DNA of 64,000 bases, from assembly GCA_001804315.1 (NCBI GenBank), contig MHFT01000024.1, forward strand, positions 13,610-77,609, in the 5' to 3' direction. Position 1 is the first letter of the stretch. The number at the start of each line of letters is the position of its first letter. The translations under genes were made by a program, and so were the position numbers. The stretch comes from Omnitrophica bacterium RIFCSPLOWO2_12_FULL_50_11 (GTDB taxonomy: Bacteria > Omnitrophota > Omnitrophia > Omnitrophales > Danuiimicrobiaceae). A model generated the notes under the pieces. That model searched no databases and was not told where the DNA came from. It saw only the letters and a list, made by a program, of their open reading frames with translations. Below are positions 9,325 to 20,700 of the stretch, one piece after another.

Positions 9325-10554
9325 ATGAAACTTCCCATTTACATGGACCATCAATCGACAACGCCGGTAGATCCCGCGGTTCTTGAGGCAATGCTGCCTT
9401 ACTTAAAAAATGAGTTTGGCAATGCGGCGAGCAGGCACCACTCCTTTGGCTGGCGAGCACAGGAAGCCGTTGAAGACGCGCGTCGGAAAATTGCCCGCCT
9501 GATCGGCGCAGAAGATCCGGCCGAGATCATTTTTACAAGCGGGGCGACTGAGTCGAACAATCTTGCGATCCTCGGCATTTCCAAAATGTATCGTGAAAGG
9601 GGCAGTCACATCATTACGACCGCGATCGAGCATCGAGCGGTACTCGACACGTGCAAATATCTTGAAACGCAGGGATTTCAAGTCACCTATTTGCCGGTGG
9701 ACAAAAATGGCCTGATTCGTTTGCGGGATCTTGAAGGGGCGCTGACGAAGAAAACGATCCTCATTACGGTGATGTATGCGAATAATGAAATTGGTGTCCT
9801 CCAGCCTGTCAGTGAAATCGGGAGAATCGCCAAGGAACGGGGCGCCTTCTTTCATTGTGATGCTGTGCAAGCAGTCGGAAAAATTCCAGTCGATGTAGGC
9901 ATGATGAATATGCATCTCGTGAGCATTTCAGCGCACAAGATGTACGGACCGAAAGGGATCGGCGCTTTGTATGTCAGGAGCCGAAAGCCCAGAGTGAGGA
10001 TTTCTCCGCTGATCCACGGCGGAGGCCACGAGCACGGGCTGAGATCTGGCACGCTCAATGTTCCGGCGATCGTCGGTTTCGGAAAAGCAGCTGAGGTTTC
10101 AGCGCAAGTGATGGAGGAAGAATCAAAGCGGCTCCTCAGACTGCGCGGGCGGCTTCGGAAAGGAATCTCGGAGAAACTCGACGAAGTTTATGTCAACGGC
10201 AGCCTGGAGGAGCGGCTTCCGGGCAATTTGAACATAAGCTTTGCCTTTGTCGAAGGCGAGTCACTTCTGAAGGGCATCACCGAGGAAATTGCGGTTTCGA
10301 GCGGCTCCGCTTGCACTTCGGCCGCGGCTGAGCCGTCCTACGTCTTAAAAGCGCTAGGTGTTAGTGAGGCTTTTGTACATACCTCTGTACGTTTCGGATT
10401 GGGGCGGTTCAATACCGAAGAAGAGGTGGATTACACGATTCAAAAGGTGGTCGAGGTGGTGAAGCACCTTCGCGCGCAATCGTCATTGTATGAAATGCAT
10501 CGGCAAGGAAGTGATCCTCCTCTTCGCCTCCCCTCTGAAAGAGGGGTAGCTTAA
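9325..10554 (+). CDS. iscS: Cysteine desulfurase (class V aminotransferase, IscS/NifS)
   Basis: [23 protein letters not shown]..., PLP-lysine region [19 protein letters not shown], active-site SSGSACTS. The start is set at the ATG at 9325; the ORF-track start at 9178 lies in an inverted-repeat leader. Confidence 0.9.
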   Translation: MKLPIYMDHQSTTPVDPAVLEAMLPYLKNEFGNAASRHHSFGWRAQEAVEDARRKIARLIGAEDPAEIIFTSGATESNNLAILGISKMYRERGSHIITTAIEHRAVLDTCKYLETQGFQVTYLPVDKNGLIRLRDLEGALTKKTILITVMYANNEIGVLQPVSEIGRIAKERGAFFHCDAVQAVGKIPVDVGMMNMHLVSISAHKMYGPKGIGALYVRSRKPRVRISPLIHGGGHEHGLRSGTLNVPAIVGFGKAAEVSAQVMEEESKRLLRLRGRLRKGISEKLDEVYVNGSLEERLPGNLNISFAFVEGESLLKGITEEIAVSSGSACTSAAAEPSYVLKALGVSEAFVHTSVRFGLGRFNTEEEVDYTIQKVVEVVKHLRAQSSLYEMHRQGSDPPLRLPSERGVA

Positions 10555-10555
10555 G

Positions 10556-10993
10556 GTGCGGGGGCTGAAACGCAGGATCTTCCTTTATTCTTTTCTCATT
10601 TTGCTCGCGTGGGGGAGCTATCAGTATTTTTGGGGCCGGCATTTGTATCTCGTGACGGCCTATTGCAATTGCCCAATATGTATTAACGTCGAAAAGCATC
10701 GGGACGGCAAATTCGCCAGCGGGAGGCCGGTTTATTGGGGCGGCGCCGCTAGCGATCCAGGAGTATCTTTTGGATCCAAGTTAGAACTGATGCCTCATCT
10801 GCCTCAAGACTGGCTTGCTGTTTTCACGGCGCTTCGCGGGCGGCGCGATTTTCGTGTGGAAGACCGCGGCGGGAAAATTACGGGGCGACACATCGATCTT
10901 TTTATCCCGGACGACCTGGGTGGTCACAAAACAGCCATAGCGTGGGGTGTCAGGCGGATGAGAATCAAGCTGAATGGGATTTTGGCAGAATGA
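10556..10993 (+). CDS. 3D-domain (MltA/YocH-like) protein with an N-terminal transmembrane/signal segment
   Basis: LVTAYCNCPICINVEKHRDGKFASGRP...AASDP is the 3D-domain signature; hydrophobic N-terminus IFLYSFLILLAWG. Confidence 0.6.
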   Translation: MRGLKRRIFLYSFLILLAWGSYQYFWGRHLYLVTAYCNCPICINVEKHRDGKFASGRPVYWGGAASDPGVSFGSKLELMPHLPQDWLAVFTALRGRRDFRVEDRGGKITGRHIDLFIPDDLGGHKTAIAWGVRRMRIKLNGILAE

Positions 10994-11825
10994 TTTGCAT
11001 CAATTCAGCCGGCGCCGAACAAACAAAATCGGCACCTGCTTTCTTTAACCTCCGCTTCATTTCACATGGCGAAGCCGATGCGGCCAAAAATCCGCAGGAA
11101 AAGATTTTGACTTTTTTCTTTGCCCCTCTTGTTGCAAGCATGTCATCAGGCAAGTCTCCTACGTACAGGTAACGCAGACTTCTGCCGAGCCGCGCGGCAA
11201 TTTTTAAAAGCCCGTAGGGATTTGGTTTCTTTTTCGTTTTCGGTGTGTCATCTTGTGTGGTGAGCGCATCGATGAGCGAATCGATCCGAAATCTGCGGAG
11301 CGCAAAGTGCGCCTCTTCGCCGTTGCGCCCTGTCAAAACTCCTACTTTCAGGCCTTCGCGCTTCAGCCTCTTTAAGGATGAAATCGGGATCAGCATCTTT
11401 TCGTTCCATACGAAATCGCCGAGATAAAATCTTTGAAACATGTCCGCAATTTTTTCCATCGATACGACCGTATGCTTCCCTGACTTTTTTTCGATTCCTG
11501 CCACACCGAGCGGCCCTGACCGCGCGATTCGCACAAGCTCAGGAATGTTTTTCTGCTTCCGAAGTTCATTCAGCCTGCGGCGCTTGGGTTTCAAAGAAAG
11601 GAAGTAAAGCAAGAAGCCGTAGCAAGTGTCCCAGTCGTCGTTAAAGCCGCCGAGCGATTTGAATTGTTCAACATCTTGGCGCGTCAGGAGTGGAGTACGA
11701 GAGGGCTGGAAACCCAGTACCGCCGCGAGATAAGTTTCTACCGTTTTCCGAATGCAGTCGGTGTACGAGGCGCGCGTGTCGACAAGAACGTTATCGATAT
11801 CAAAAATGACCGCATCAAAGTTCAT
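10965..11825 (-). CDS. HAD-superfamily hydrolase
   Basis: Motif I DAVIFDIDNVLVDT; C-terminal KKKPNPYGLL and YVGDLPDDM motifs. Confidence 0.75.
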   Translation of the reverse strand: MNFDAVIFDIDNVLVDTRASYTDCIRKTVETYLAAVLGFQPSRTPLLTRQDVEQFKSLGGFNDDWDTCYGFLLYFLSLKPKRRRLNELRKQKNIPELVRIARSGPLGVAGIEKKSGKHTVVSMEKIADMFQRFYLGDFVWNEKMLIPISSLKRLKREGLKVGVLTGRNGEEAHFALRRFRIDSLIDALTTQDDTPKTKKKPNPYGLLKIAARLGRSLRYLYVGDLPDDMLATRGAKKKVKIFSCGFLAASASPCEMKRRLKKAGADFVCSAPAELMQIILPKSHSA

Positions 11826-12012
11826 AAATTAAAATAACCAAATCTCAATGACGACGTTGTTGCAATTGCTTGACGCCCTACGGACGCTCGCAATGTCATA
11901 TTAAGATTACTGCATGAACTGGGGCGTAATCAATTCTCTCATCAAGGTCGTATTTGTTCTTTCGTTTATTGTTCGTTGAAATTTCATTCGTCATTGGGAT
12001 TTGGTTATTTCT

Positions 12013-13722
12013 TTATGACGTTATCGCTCCTTTCGATGCGGACGACACCAGCCGGGCGTATTTTGCCATCACGCCGCTTGTGTAGCGCGGTTTGGGAGGC
12101 TTCCAAGTTTTGAAACGATCCGCGATTTCTTTTCGCGAGAGCGCTGCATCGAGCTTACGATTCGGGAGATCAAATGTGATTTGGTCTCCGTCTCGGAGAA
12201 TAGCAATCGGTCCGCGATCTACGGCTTCTGGCGCCACGTGGCCGGCCATTAAACCGTGCGTAGCGCCGGAAAAACGACCGTCGGTCACGAGCGCAACGGA
12301 GTCGCCAAGGCCCTCACCGACGATTGCTGCGGTGACACCGAGCATCTCTCGCATTCCAGGACCCCCTTTTGGTCCTTCGTATCTGATGACGACCACATCG
12401 CCCGGTTTAATTTTCTGATTTTTGACGGCATTAAATGCATCCTCTTCGCAATCAAAAACGCGTGCGGCTCCTGTATGAGTCAGGCGCTTCTCGCCGGCAA
12501 TTTTTAAAACACATCCTTCCGGTGCCAAATTTCCTTTCAGGATGACGAGGCCGCCCGATAGGTTGAGCGGATTCTTAAGCGGCCGAACTACCTCTTGGTT
12601 CGGTGTTTCTTTCGCTCGCACGATTTCGTCGCCAATTTTTCTTGTCGTTACGGTAAGTGGATCAAGATGAAGCAGCTTCGCATCCGCGAGGCGTTTCAGT
12701 AGAAGACAAATTCCGCCGGCTCGGTAAAGATCGTTTGCAACGAATCGGCCGCCCGGTTTTAAATCACCAATCAGGGGGGTTTTACGGCTGATGCGGTCAA
12801 AATCATCGATGGAGATGTCGACGCCTCGTTCGTGCGCGACCGCAAGGAGATGCAAAACCGCATTGGTGGAACCGCCGGTTGCACAAACCGCAGCAATCGC
12901 GTTTTCAATCGATTTTCGATTAATGATTGCACTTGGCCGGATGTCTTTCTTAAGTAGTTCGATCACAAGTTTGCCCGCTGCGTAGCACGCTTCGTCTTTT
13001 TTGGGGTCCATCGCGGGAATGTCATTGACGCCCATCGGTGAGATTCCCATCGCAGCAAATGCTGTGGACATCGTATTCGCCGTAAATTGACCGCCACATG
13101 CCCCCGCAGCAGGACAAGCGCGATCCTCGAGATTTTTTAATTGCTCCGCACTCATCTTCCCCGCAGCAAATTTGCCAACACCTTCGAATACATCTTGTAT
13201 CGTGACGTCGTGTCCCTCGAAAGTTCCTGGTGCGATCGAACCGCCGTAAATCATGAGACTCGGGGCGTCAACACGGCAAAGCGCCATCACGGTTCCGGGA
13301 ATCGTTTTGTCGCATCCTGAGATGGCAACGAGCGCGTCGAAATAGTGGCCGCGCGCGACGAGTTCGATTGAATCGGCAACCACTTCTCGGCTGACAAGAG
13401 AAGTTTTCATGCCCTCTGTGCCCATTGTGATGCCGTCGGAGATCGCAATCGTATTGAATTCCTGCGGCGTGCCGCCTGCGTCGCGCACACCCTGTTTTAC
13501 TTTTTCTGAGAGCCGGCGGAGATGGAAATTACAGGGCATGGTTTCGATCCAAGTGTTCGCAATGCCAACAATTGGACGACGAATCTCTTCATCACGAAGC
13601 CCCATCGACTTCATCATCGCCCGTGCCGGAGCGCGAGAAGGGCCTTCCGTAATGACTGAACTACGTTTATTTAACCGGTGTTTCATTTTGCGGCCTCGAG
13701 GAAAGGGGTAGTCCCCCACCAC
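12013..13722 (-). CDS. ilvD: Dihydroxy-acid dehydratase
   Basis: ALVAISGCDKTIPGTVMAL (Fe-S cluster Cys region), SLMIYGGSIAPG and full-length IlvD/EDD-family similarity. The probable start is MKHRLNK at 13686. Confidence 0.9.
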   Translation of the reverse strand: MVGDYPFPRGRKMKHRLNKRSSVITEGPSRAPARAMMKSMGLRDEEIRRPIVGIANTWIETMPCNFHLRRLSEKVKQGVRDAGGTPQEFNTIAISDGITMGTEGMKTSLVSREVVADSIELVARGHYFDALVAISGCDKTIPGTVMALCRVDAPSLMIYGGSIAPGTFEGHDVTIQDVFEGVGKFAAGKMSAEQLKNLEDRACPAAGACGGQFTANTMSTAFAAMGISPMGVNDIPAMDPKKDEACYAAGKLVIELLKKDIRPSAIINRKSIENAIAAVCATGGSTNAVLHLLAVAHERGVDISIDDFDRISRKTPLIGDLKPGGRFVANDLYRAGGICLLLKRLADAKLLHLDPLTVTTRKIGDEIVRAKETPNQEVVRPLKNPLNLSGGLVILKGNLAPEGCVLKIAGEKRLTHTGAARVFDCEEDAFNAVKNQKIKPGDVVVIRYEGPKGGPGMREMLGVTAAIVGEGLGDSVALVTDGRFSGATHGLMAGHVAPEAVDRGPIAILRDGDQITFDLPNRKLDAALSRKEIADRFKTWKPPKPRYTSGVMAKYARLVSSASKGAITS

Positions 13723-13907
13723 TTTTGATTTTGGCGGTTTGAACAGCTTATATGACGCATCATTTCAAAAGTGGTGGGGGAGTAGTGTAATAGAAAAGAA
13801 ATGCATTGTCATTACAGGGTTGGCGCGAAGCGAACCCACGGCAACTCCTTCAAGACGTTCCTTCACTAGTTCAGCAAAGCCTCTGAAATTACGCAAGTCT
13901 TGGAGTT

Positions 13908-14321
13908 TTAAACCAAACGAACATGCGGAATGACATTTTTAGCCACTCGATGCAATCGGCGGTCCGAAGTCACAAAAATTTCAGAGCCCGAGAGAATCCC
14001 AGAAGCGAGCTGGACGGCATCCAAGGTTTTCAAGGCGTGTTGGCGGATGAGCTGAACGGCCTCATGTTCGAGATTTTCATTCCATACGGTCAGGAGAAAA
14101 TAGGCAAAATCCTTTTTAACCTCCACGCGAAGCCACTCAGCCTTTTCACGTGTCAACGTGTCCTCTCGCACGCACCGTTCAATGGTGGCATTCATTTCAA
14201 GCCACGTCACGGGAGAAACTACAATTTCCGCCGTTTTGGAGAGAAGCTTTTCAAAAGCCTCGCTTCCCGGTTCATCCGCATACTTTTTGAAAAGGGACGA
14301 TGTGTCAACAAATAGTCTCAC
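13908..14321 (-). CDS. vapC: PIN-domain toxin (VapC-like)
   Basis: MRLFVDTSSL..., acidic PIN residues and DAVQLASG...FVTSDRRL; 137 aa; 4-nt overlap with the upstream antitoxin gene. Confidence 0.75.
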   Translation of the reverse strand: MRLFVDTSSLFKKYADEPGSEAFEKLLSKTAEIVVSPVTWLEMNATIERCVREDTLTREKAEWLRVEVKKDFAYFLLTVWNENLEHEAVQLIRQHALKTLDAVQLASGILSGSEIFVTSDRRLHRVAKNVIPHVRLV

Positions 14322-14563
14322 CGTTCTTCGTTCCGCATCTGAGACACCGTTTGAGACAGCCCGGCACCTCTGACTTTAATCTTGGAAATTGGCCGCTTCC
14401 AGCCTGGGTGGGCTAGGTTCTCATTATGGGGAATCAAATCTGCAACTGGCGTACGCCGTTCCAGGATCACGATCCTCTCGCCCCGTTTGACCGCCTTAAT
14501 ATAACTGGAAAAACCGCGGGTCAACTGTCTAATCGTCACTTGAGTCATGTTCAAATCCTCCAA
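14318..14563 (-). CDS. Phd/YefM-family antitoxin paired with the PIN toxin
   Basis: MTQVTIRQLTRGFSSYIKAVKRGERIVILERRTPVADLIP is a typical Phd/YefM N-terminus, with tight translational coupling to vapC. Confidence 0.65.
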   Translation of the reverse strand: MEDLNMTQVTIRQLTRGFSSYIKAVKRGERIVILERRTPVADLIPHNENLAHPGWKRPISKIKVRGAGLSQTVSQMRNEER

Positions 14564-14729
14564 TGAGGATCATACATAATGTCATACATTTTGTCAAACA
14601 TAGCTCATTCTATGCACCCTGCCAGAGTCATGTCCTGCGGAATGAAGGCGCCGTTCTGAAACATCGGGAAACTCCCAAGCCTATGGATTTAAATAGCTTA
14701 TGTCTTTTAAATTGTGCACACTCGACCTG

Positions 14730-14758
14730 TTGAAAATGAACTTTTTTTAATGTATAAT
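14730..14758 (+). promoter_or_regulatory. Near-consensus sigma-70 promoter TTGAAA-17-TATAAT driving the giant ORF
   Basis: TTGAAA at 14730-14735, a 17-nt spacer, TATAAT at 14753-14758, and GGGAGG at 14784-14789 eight nt before the GTG start at 14798. Confidence 0.5.
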
Positions 14759-14797
14759 TAAGTCAGTATAAAATTAGGCTTTCTGGGAGGAAGCAAG

Positions 14798-17700
14798 GTG
14801 GAAGCCAGCTTAAAAGGCCAGGTTTTACCACATAACGCTCGGTGCTTTAGAAAGTCATTTTGGAGAGCGACGGCTTGCGTCGTCTTATTTTCTTTCGCGA
14901 CTACAACTGTCGCTTGGTCCGATCCTGGCTTTGGTTCACTCGACCCCTCTTCCTCTTATTCATCTTTTGCACAACACTCCCTCATTAACCCATTGAGAAA
15001 TATTGATCTCCCAGAGCGTCTTGGGAAGATCGACGAACTGTTCCTCCCAGAGAGAGTCTCTCCCGATTCTCCGTTCGTCGTCTACCTCCAAGACGCTCAC
15101 TCTAACCTCGGGGCTCAGCGCCGCATTGCGGAGGTGGCGCGCGAGCTGAGCGACAAGCTCCAAATCGAGGCCATCCTTGTTGAAGGCGGCACAGGCGAAG
15201 CCGATCTTGCGGATCTAAGATCGTTTCCGGATCAAGAAGTTAAAGAGCGCGCAACCGAATTTTGGCTCAAAGAGGCGATGCTCAGTGGAATTGAACGGGA
15301 AGCGATTGTCGGTCCAAAAGTCTACCGCTTCTTTGGCGTGGAGGACGAAGCACTTTACGAAGCAGGGGGGCGTAATTTTATTGAGGCACAAACCCGCTCG
15401 CAGCCCTTTTTGACTTCGCTCAAACCGCTGGTTCAAGAAAACGGCGAAAATAGGAGGCAATACCTTAACAAGAAGCTCTACGAGTTCGAAGAACGGGTCT
15501 CTCAGTTTGAGGAAAAGAACGAACTGATTGCCCTTGTCAGTTTTCTTGCGAGTAAAGCGCGTAACCTTCACATCAACCGCTGGAAATATCTCGAAATCGA
15601 AAAGTTAATCGACCTCATTCTGCTTGAAATGGAGGGGGGAAATAGTGAGCGCTTTTTCGAAATTCAAGAAATGCTCGATTCAAGAAAACTTTTCCGCGAG
15701 TTGGATTCCTTGAAGTCGGAAGTTAAGGAACGGTTGTTTCAAACGGACGCCGAGCGCGCCATTGACGAAGAGCACCAAGCGCTAAAAGCGTTGCAAGCGA
15801 TCGTATCACTTAAAGCAACCCCCGACGATTTTGATTATTTCCGCAAGCGCCGCGAATTGATCAAGAAGTATGCGCAGAGGGCAAAATTAGATTCCGAAGC
15901 GCTTGCGTCTGCCGAGGCCTTTTACCGATCTGCGCAGGAACGCGATCGGAAAATATTCGAAAATATCCAGGCGATTCTCGGCGAAAACGGAATCAAACGC
16001 GCGATTTTAGTGACCGGTGGCTTCCACGCTCCCGGAATCACAACCGAATTCCGTAAGCACAAAATTCCATACGTTCTGATCTCGCCCAAATTTTCTGACG
16101 AGGACAATTACTCGAACTATCTCGCACGCGTTTCCGGCAAACGTGCGAGTCTCGACGAATTCAAATCGAAGCATTCTAACCGTCATCTGGAAGGAAGCCT
16201 TAACGGAGTCGTCATCCTGAGGCAACGATCCAAAGAGGTGCCGAAGGATCCCGGTCGGGATTCGTCTTCCAAGGAGCCTGCCCTGAGGACGGGATCCTTC
16301 GGGCCTTCGGCCCTCAGGATGACGTCCGAAAGAGGGCTTCCCAATGACGGCGCATCTCATTCCCACGCCGCGGCGCACGCTGTTTTCAACCGCGCCGAAC
16401 TCCGCGTCATTCGTGAGTCATTTGAGTGGTTAAGAGAGGGTGTAAGTTCGGCCGAGAGTGCCACTTCTCCTCAGACAGGTTTACGACGCGCCGAAACGCG
16501 AACAGAAAAACCAAAACTTCGATTTACTTTGCGAAGTTTAATCTTTTGGGTGATTTGCTATGCCTTAATGTTAGCGTTTATCAAAGCGGTTTTTGGCGAG
16601 GTAGAGTGGGGAGAAGCGCTAGGAGTAATGTTAGGTGTAGGTGTATTGGCTAGGCTTTTTCACTTAGAGTATGTGGATCTATTCGACCTGACTGAAGGGG
16701 CTGGCATTGAAAAGTCAATTGACCGCAGATTCGGATTGAAAAGGGAATCACGCGATCTCGATCCGAAAAAGGACGGAGCGGAAAGCGGTCGTGACCCAGA
16801 GGAACCACCGTCCGAAAACGCGGATCCGGACCGCCGCGCAGAGATGCGTAGAGAAATTCAGGTGGAGGCTACAACGGCGGAAGATGGACGGAAAAGCGGC
16901 GACATCGCAGGCGCGGTCGATTCTCTTCCACCTTCCACCCTCCAGCTTCCAGTTTCTTATCGCCAAGCGGAAGTGCGGGCAGAAAGGAACGCCGAAGACG
17001 GAAACAAGGAGCGGAATCAGATTCCGATTTTGGATTCGAGACAGGCCACTCGTTTGGAAAGACCGGGAAGAGCGACGCGAACGGCACTTTCAACTCCCGA
17101 TAGACGGTTTTCGACAAAGAAGAGGCGATCTTCTACCGCAGAGAGACGTTCTTCTACTGCTGAGAAACGGTTGGGAAGGGGCCCAACGCCCTCCACAACA
17201 GCACGAAACTGGCCTCGAAGATCTTCGATCAATGTCCCTACTTCTGTGACGGTATATGAATCAGCCCTTTTTTTTGGCTTGGTAGGATTACCTTTGCTCA
17301 TTTCAAATCTCCTTGAGGATCATTTTGTGGGAACGGAAGGAATGGAAAGCACTGTATCAAGGCTGCCACAAGATGTCAAGGCGCCTTTTCAAAAATCGCA
17401 CCGCGCTGAAATCCGAAGTCGATCCGGCAGGGAGGACGGTTCGGAAATCAAAGCGACAAGCTCAGAGGAAGGACAAAACATCCGATCCGTCCGTTCGGAT
17501 AAAATGCAATGGCTTACAGTTAGCATTTTGCTTCCAGCCGTCACATTGGGCTTAGGGATCGGGGCAACTTTTCTGACCAAACGTTTCGAATCGCTTCCCG
17601 TTTCGATTTTATTCGTGAGGGGGATGCAATATATTTTGGGCACATTCGCAGACATAGGAATGAGTGCTGCTGCGAATTATGTTGGTCAGTGGCGTAAATT

Positions 17701-20700
17701 TAGGAGTAAGGCCAGCTGGGCGAGGGCAGTCCGTTTTGGCTTAATTATCCAAGTCGGTTTCTCGATCTGGTTTTTCGTCAAGCCGCGGCTTAGGATTCGA
17801 CTGGACCACTACGGGTCTGTCATGATGGTTGCTGCCGATACGGTGATTAGTTTGTTTACCCATCGTTTGTTGCTTCATTTGCTATATAGATCCGAGAGGT
17901 TATCTAAAGACGAGATTCGCGAAAAGATGAAAAACACATTTTGGCCTTCTTATGGGATGTTGGCGGGCGTGTGGGGCATTTTCAATTTAGGCATTTATGC
18001 TATTCCAAAAGATTGGGCCTTCGTTATTCCTATTATTTCATCGGTCGTGGCTTTTGTGAACAAAGTTATTTTGTCAGCTTATCTATATCGATCATCTTCC
18101 CGGACACTGATGATGAAGTTTGGGGGGACTTTCGGCTTGGTAGCTCCGATCATAAGCTTTGTTGCGATGGGTTCAGTCATCGGGCTTGACTTTTCATTTC
18201 GGCACGTGATTTTTGGGGGATTGAGTGGATGGTTAGTCGGAAGTGCGTTCGTTTACTTTGCAAAAAAATACTGGGGCTCAATCCAAACTGAAGGTGACGC
18301 GCTTCAAACGGGACCGGCATCTACAGGCAATGTCAATGATTTCCGGCCTGAGGTGCGGGGCAATGAGAAATTGAGTCGCACGCGGTGGGTCCGGCCATCT
18401 TGGATTGATTCGACCAGCTTGTTTTCACCGGCGGAAAGAAAACTCATTCGGGAACGCGGTCAATTGCTCAAGTTCGTGTACCCGCGCTTGAGCGAGAATG
18501 CGAAAAAAGTATTACTTTACCCTTCCTTCTTGCCCGTCTTTATGGGCGTCAAGCCGGCGTACCTGCGTATTACAGACCTTATTACTGGCCGCAAAGAACC
18601 GGATCCTATGATCCTTGCGAGAGAATTGAAAGATATTCCCAAGGCTTGGGATCAACTTGGGATAACGTTCAACGACATCAGAGCGATGTTAGTATTCGAT
18701 GTTTTTGATCAACTCAAGGCGCACATGAAACTTTTAAAAGACTTTGGTGTCCTGCCGCGCTATCCAAACGTCGACCTGATGAGCGAAGAGTGGAAAAGCT
18801 ATCAACCGAGCAAGTGGCAGGCGTTATCGGAAGAATTGGAATTGTTCATTGACGACTTAGACGACAATGTTGAGGTTAGTCAGAGTGCTGGGCATGTTCT
18901 TAACGGCATTGTCTTAGGTTATCCGGTGGCGGAAGTTCAGGCTCTAGGCGAATACATAACGGGCTTTTCGGTGAGTGTAACGCGGCTGTCGACAGAGTTT
19001 GAAGGCATTGAGCTCTTCGTTCGACTAGGAGAAAAGGGAGAAATTGCAGACGAAACGCATCGCTATCTCGCGCGGATGACCGATGCGCTTTATTATGCCT
19101 ATTCACTCCTACAGGAAAATGAGGACTTCGCGAGCATAGCTCAGGAACTCAACCTTCCCCCTAGAGTTCTTTCAGCCGAAGCTCCTGAGTCGATTGTCAG
19201 CCGTGGCGAACTTAGGCAAAGCGATTTTTTCAGGTCTGAGGTGCGGGGAAAAGAAAACGCTCAAGATTTACAATTGTATATTCGGCGTGCTCGCCATCCA
19301 GAGGTTCAAAGCGGAGAAACGAGTGATCAGGCGCCGGATTCTGCCGCCGTCAGCCTGTTGCCAATACCGCGAATTTCTTCTTTGAGCTCAGACCGCGTTT
19401 CTCCAAGTTCAGTCCGAGTATCACGGAGGTCCTTGGAGAGTTTTGACACGGCGTCTTCAAGGCGAGATGCTTTACCGTTGAGGACGTTGATTCGGAGTTC
19501 GATCGTATCTAGCCTTCGGCTGTTGCCGTGGACAGTTACCTCGAGCCGTTCCATCCTCGTATCGAGACCTGACTGGCCCTCAGCGAGGGTATCAAATTTC
19601 TTGTCCAATGCTTCCAGAAGTGTGCCCACTTCCGTGACTGAATATGAATCAGCCATTTTCTTTGGCTTGGTAGGATTACCTTTGCTCATTTCAAATCTCC
19701 TTGAGGATCAATTTGTGGGAACGGCAGGAATGGAAAGCAAGGTATCAGAGCGGCCACAAGATGTCAAGGTGCCTTTTGATGCCGGGCGCAAGACCGGAAT
19801 TGCGAACCCCAAAATCTTCTCCTCTCCCCTGTCGGGGGAGAGGATTTCCGCCAAAGGACGCGGCGGATCCGCCGCGCTGTATGGCGGAAAGGTGAGGGGG
19901 ACGAGTGAAAATAACTTGAACATCCACCCTCACCCAACCCTCTCCCTCCAATGGAGAGAGAGGGGAAAAGACTACAGCTACGGTCTTGTGACTTTTGATG
20001 CCGCCCGGCGTGCGGAGACCCGCGATCGAGTGCGGAATCCGGAGTTCAGGGTGCGGAGTGGACTTAAGTTCGGGAGTTCGCCCGTTCCGCACTCCGCACT
20101 CCGCATTTCCAACTCAAATCGGCGGGCCGAAGCGCGGGCAGAGAGCGATGGAGATCAACTTGTCAAACGATTCACAAGGTTAAGGGGGATGAATCTTTTG
20201 AGAGCTTTACCTGAATTAAACGGCGCGGTTCGACGGAAAGATTTGCCGGCTCGCACTTTGGAGAAGCTGAAAGAACAGCGCCGGATTAGGTATGTTCCTT
20301 ATGTACGCGGAGCGCTCAAAAGGCTCGCACGGAATTTAAGGAGCGAATTTCCAAAGGGGCGTGAGCTCATGAAAGCAGTTGCGGATGCATCAGGTGATCC
20401 TGAACTCTATGACCGTTCGGATGCCCTTCCGTTGCGAATTCTCCAGCAAATCGATCAACGAAAAGCGTGGGAGAGGGTGGCCTCTAACGACAACGTCGCA
20501 GAGCTTCTCCTCCGCGCGAAAGAAGCATTTGATCGGTATATGAGCACTGATGACGCATGGCTTTCAGAACATCTGCCTGAACTCAAGGATAAAAGGGCCG
20601 CCTACTTTTCGGCTGAATTTGCGGTTCCGCCGCTCCCGATATACACCGGCGGAATGGGGGTGCTGGCGGCTGATATCGTGGCGAGCGCGAGTGATCTGAG

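Noticed and set aside
19745-20092. 115-aa minus-strand ORF inside the giant gene
   Set aside because: It is composed entirely of family-C/D repeat sequence read in another frame, with low-complexity translation.
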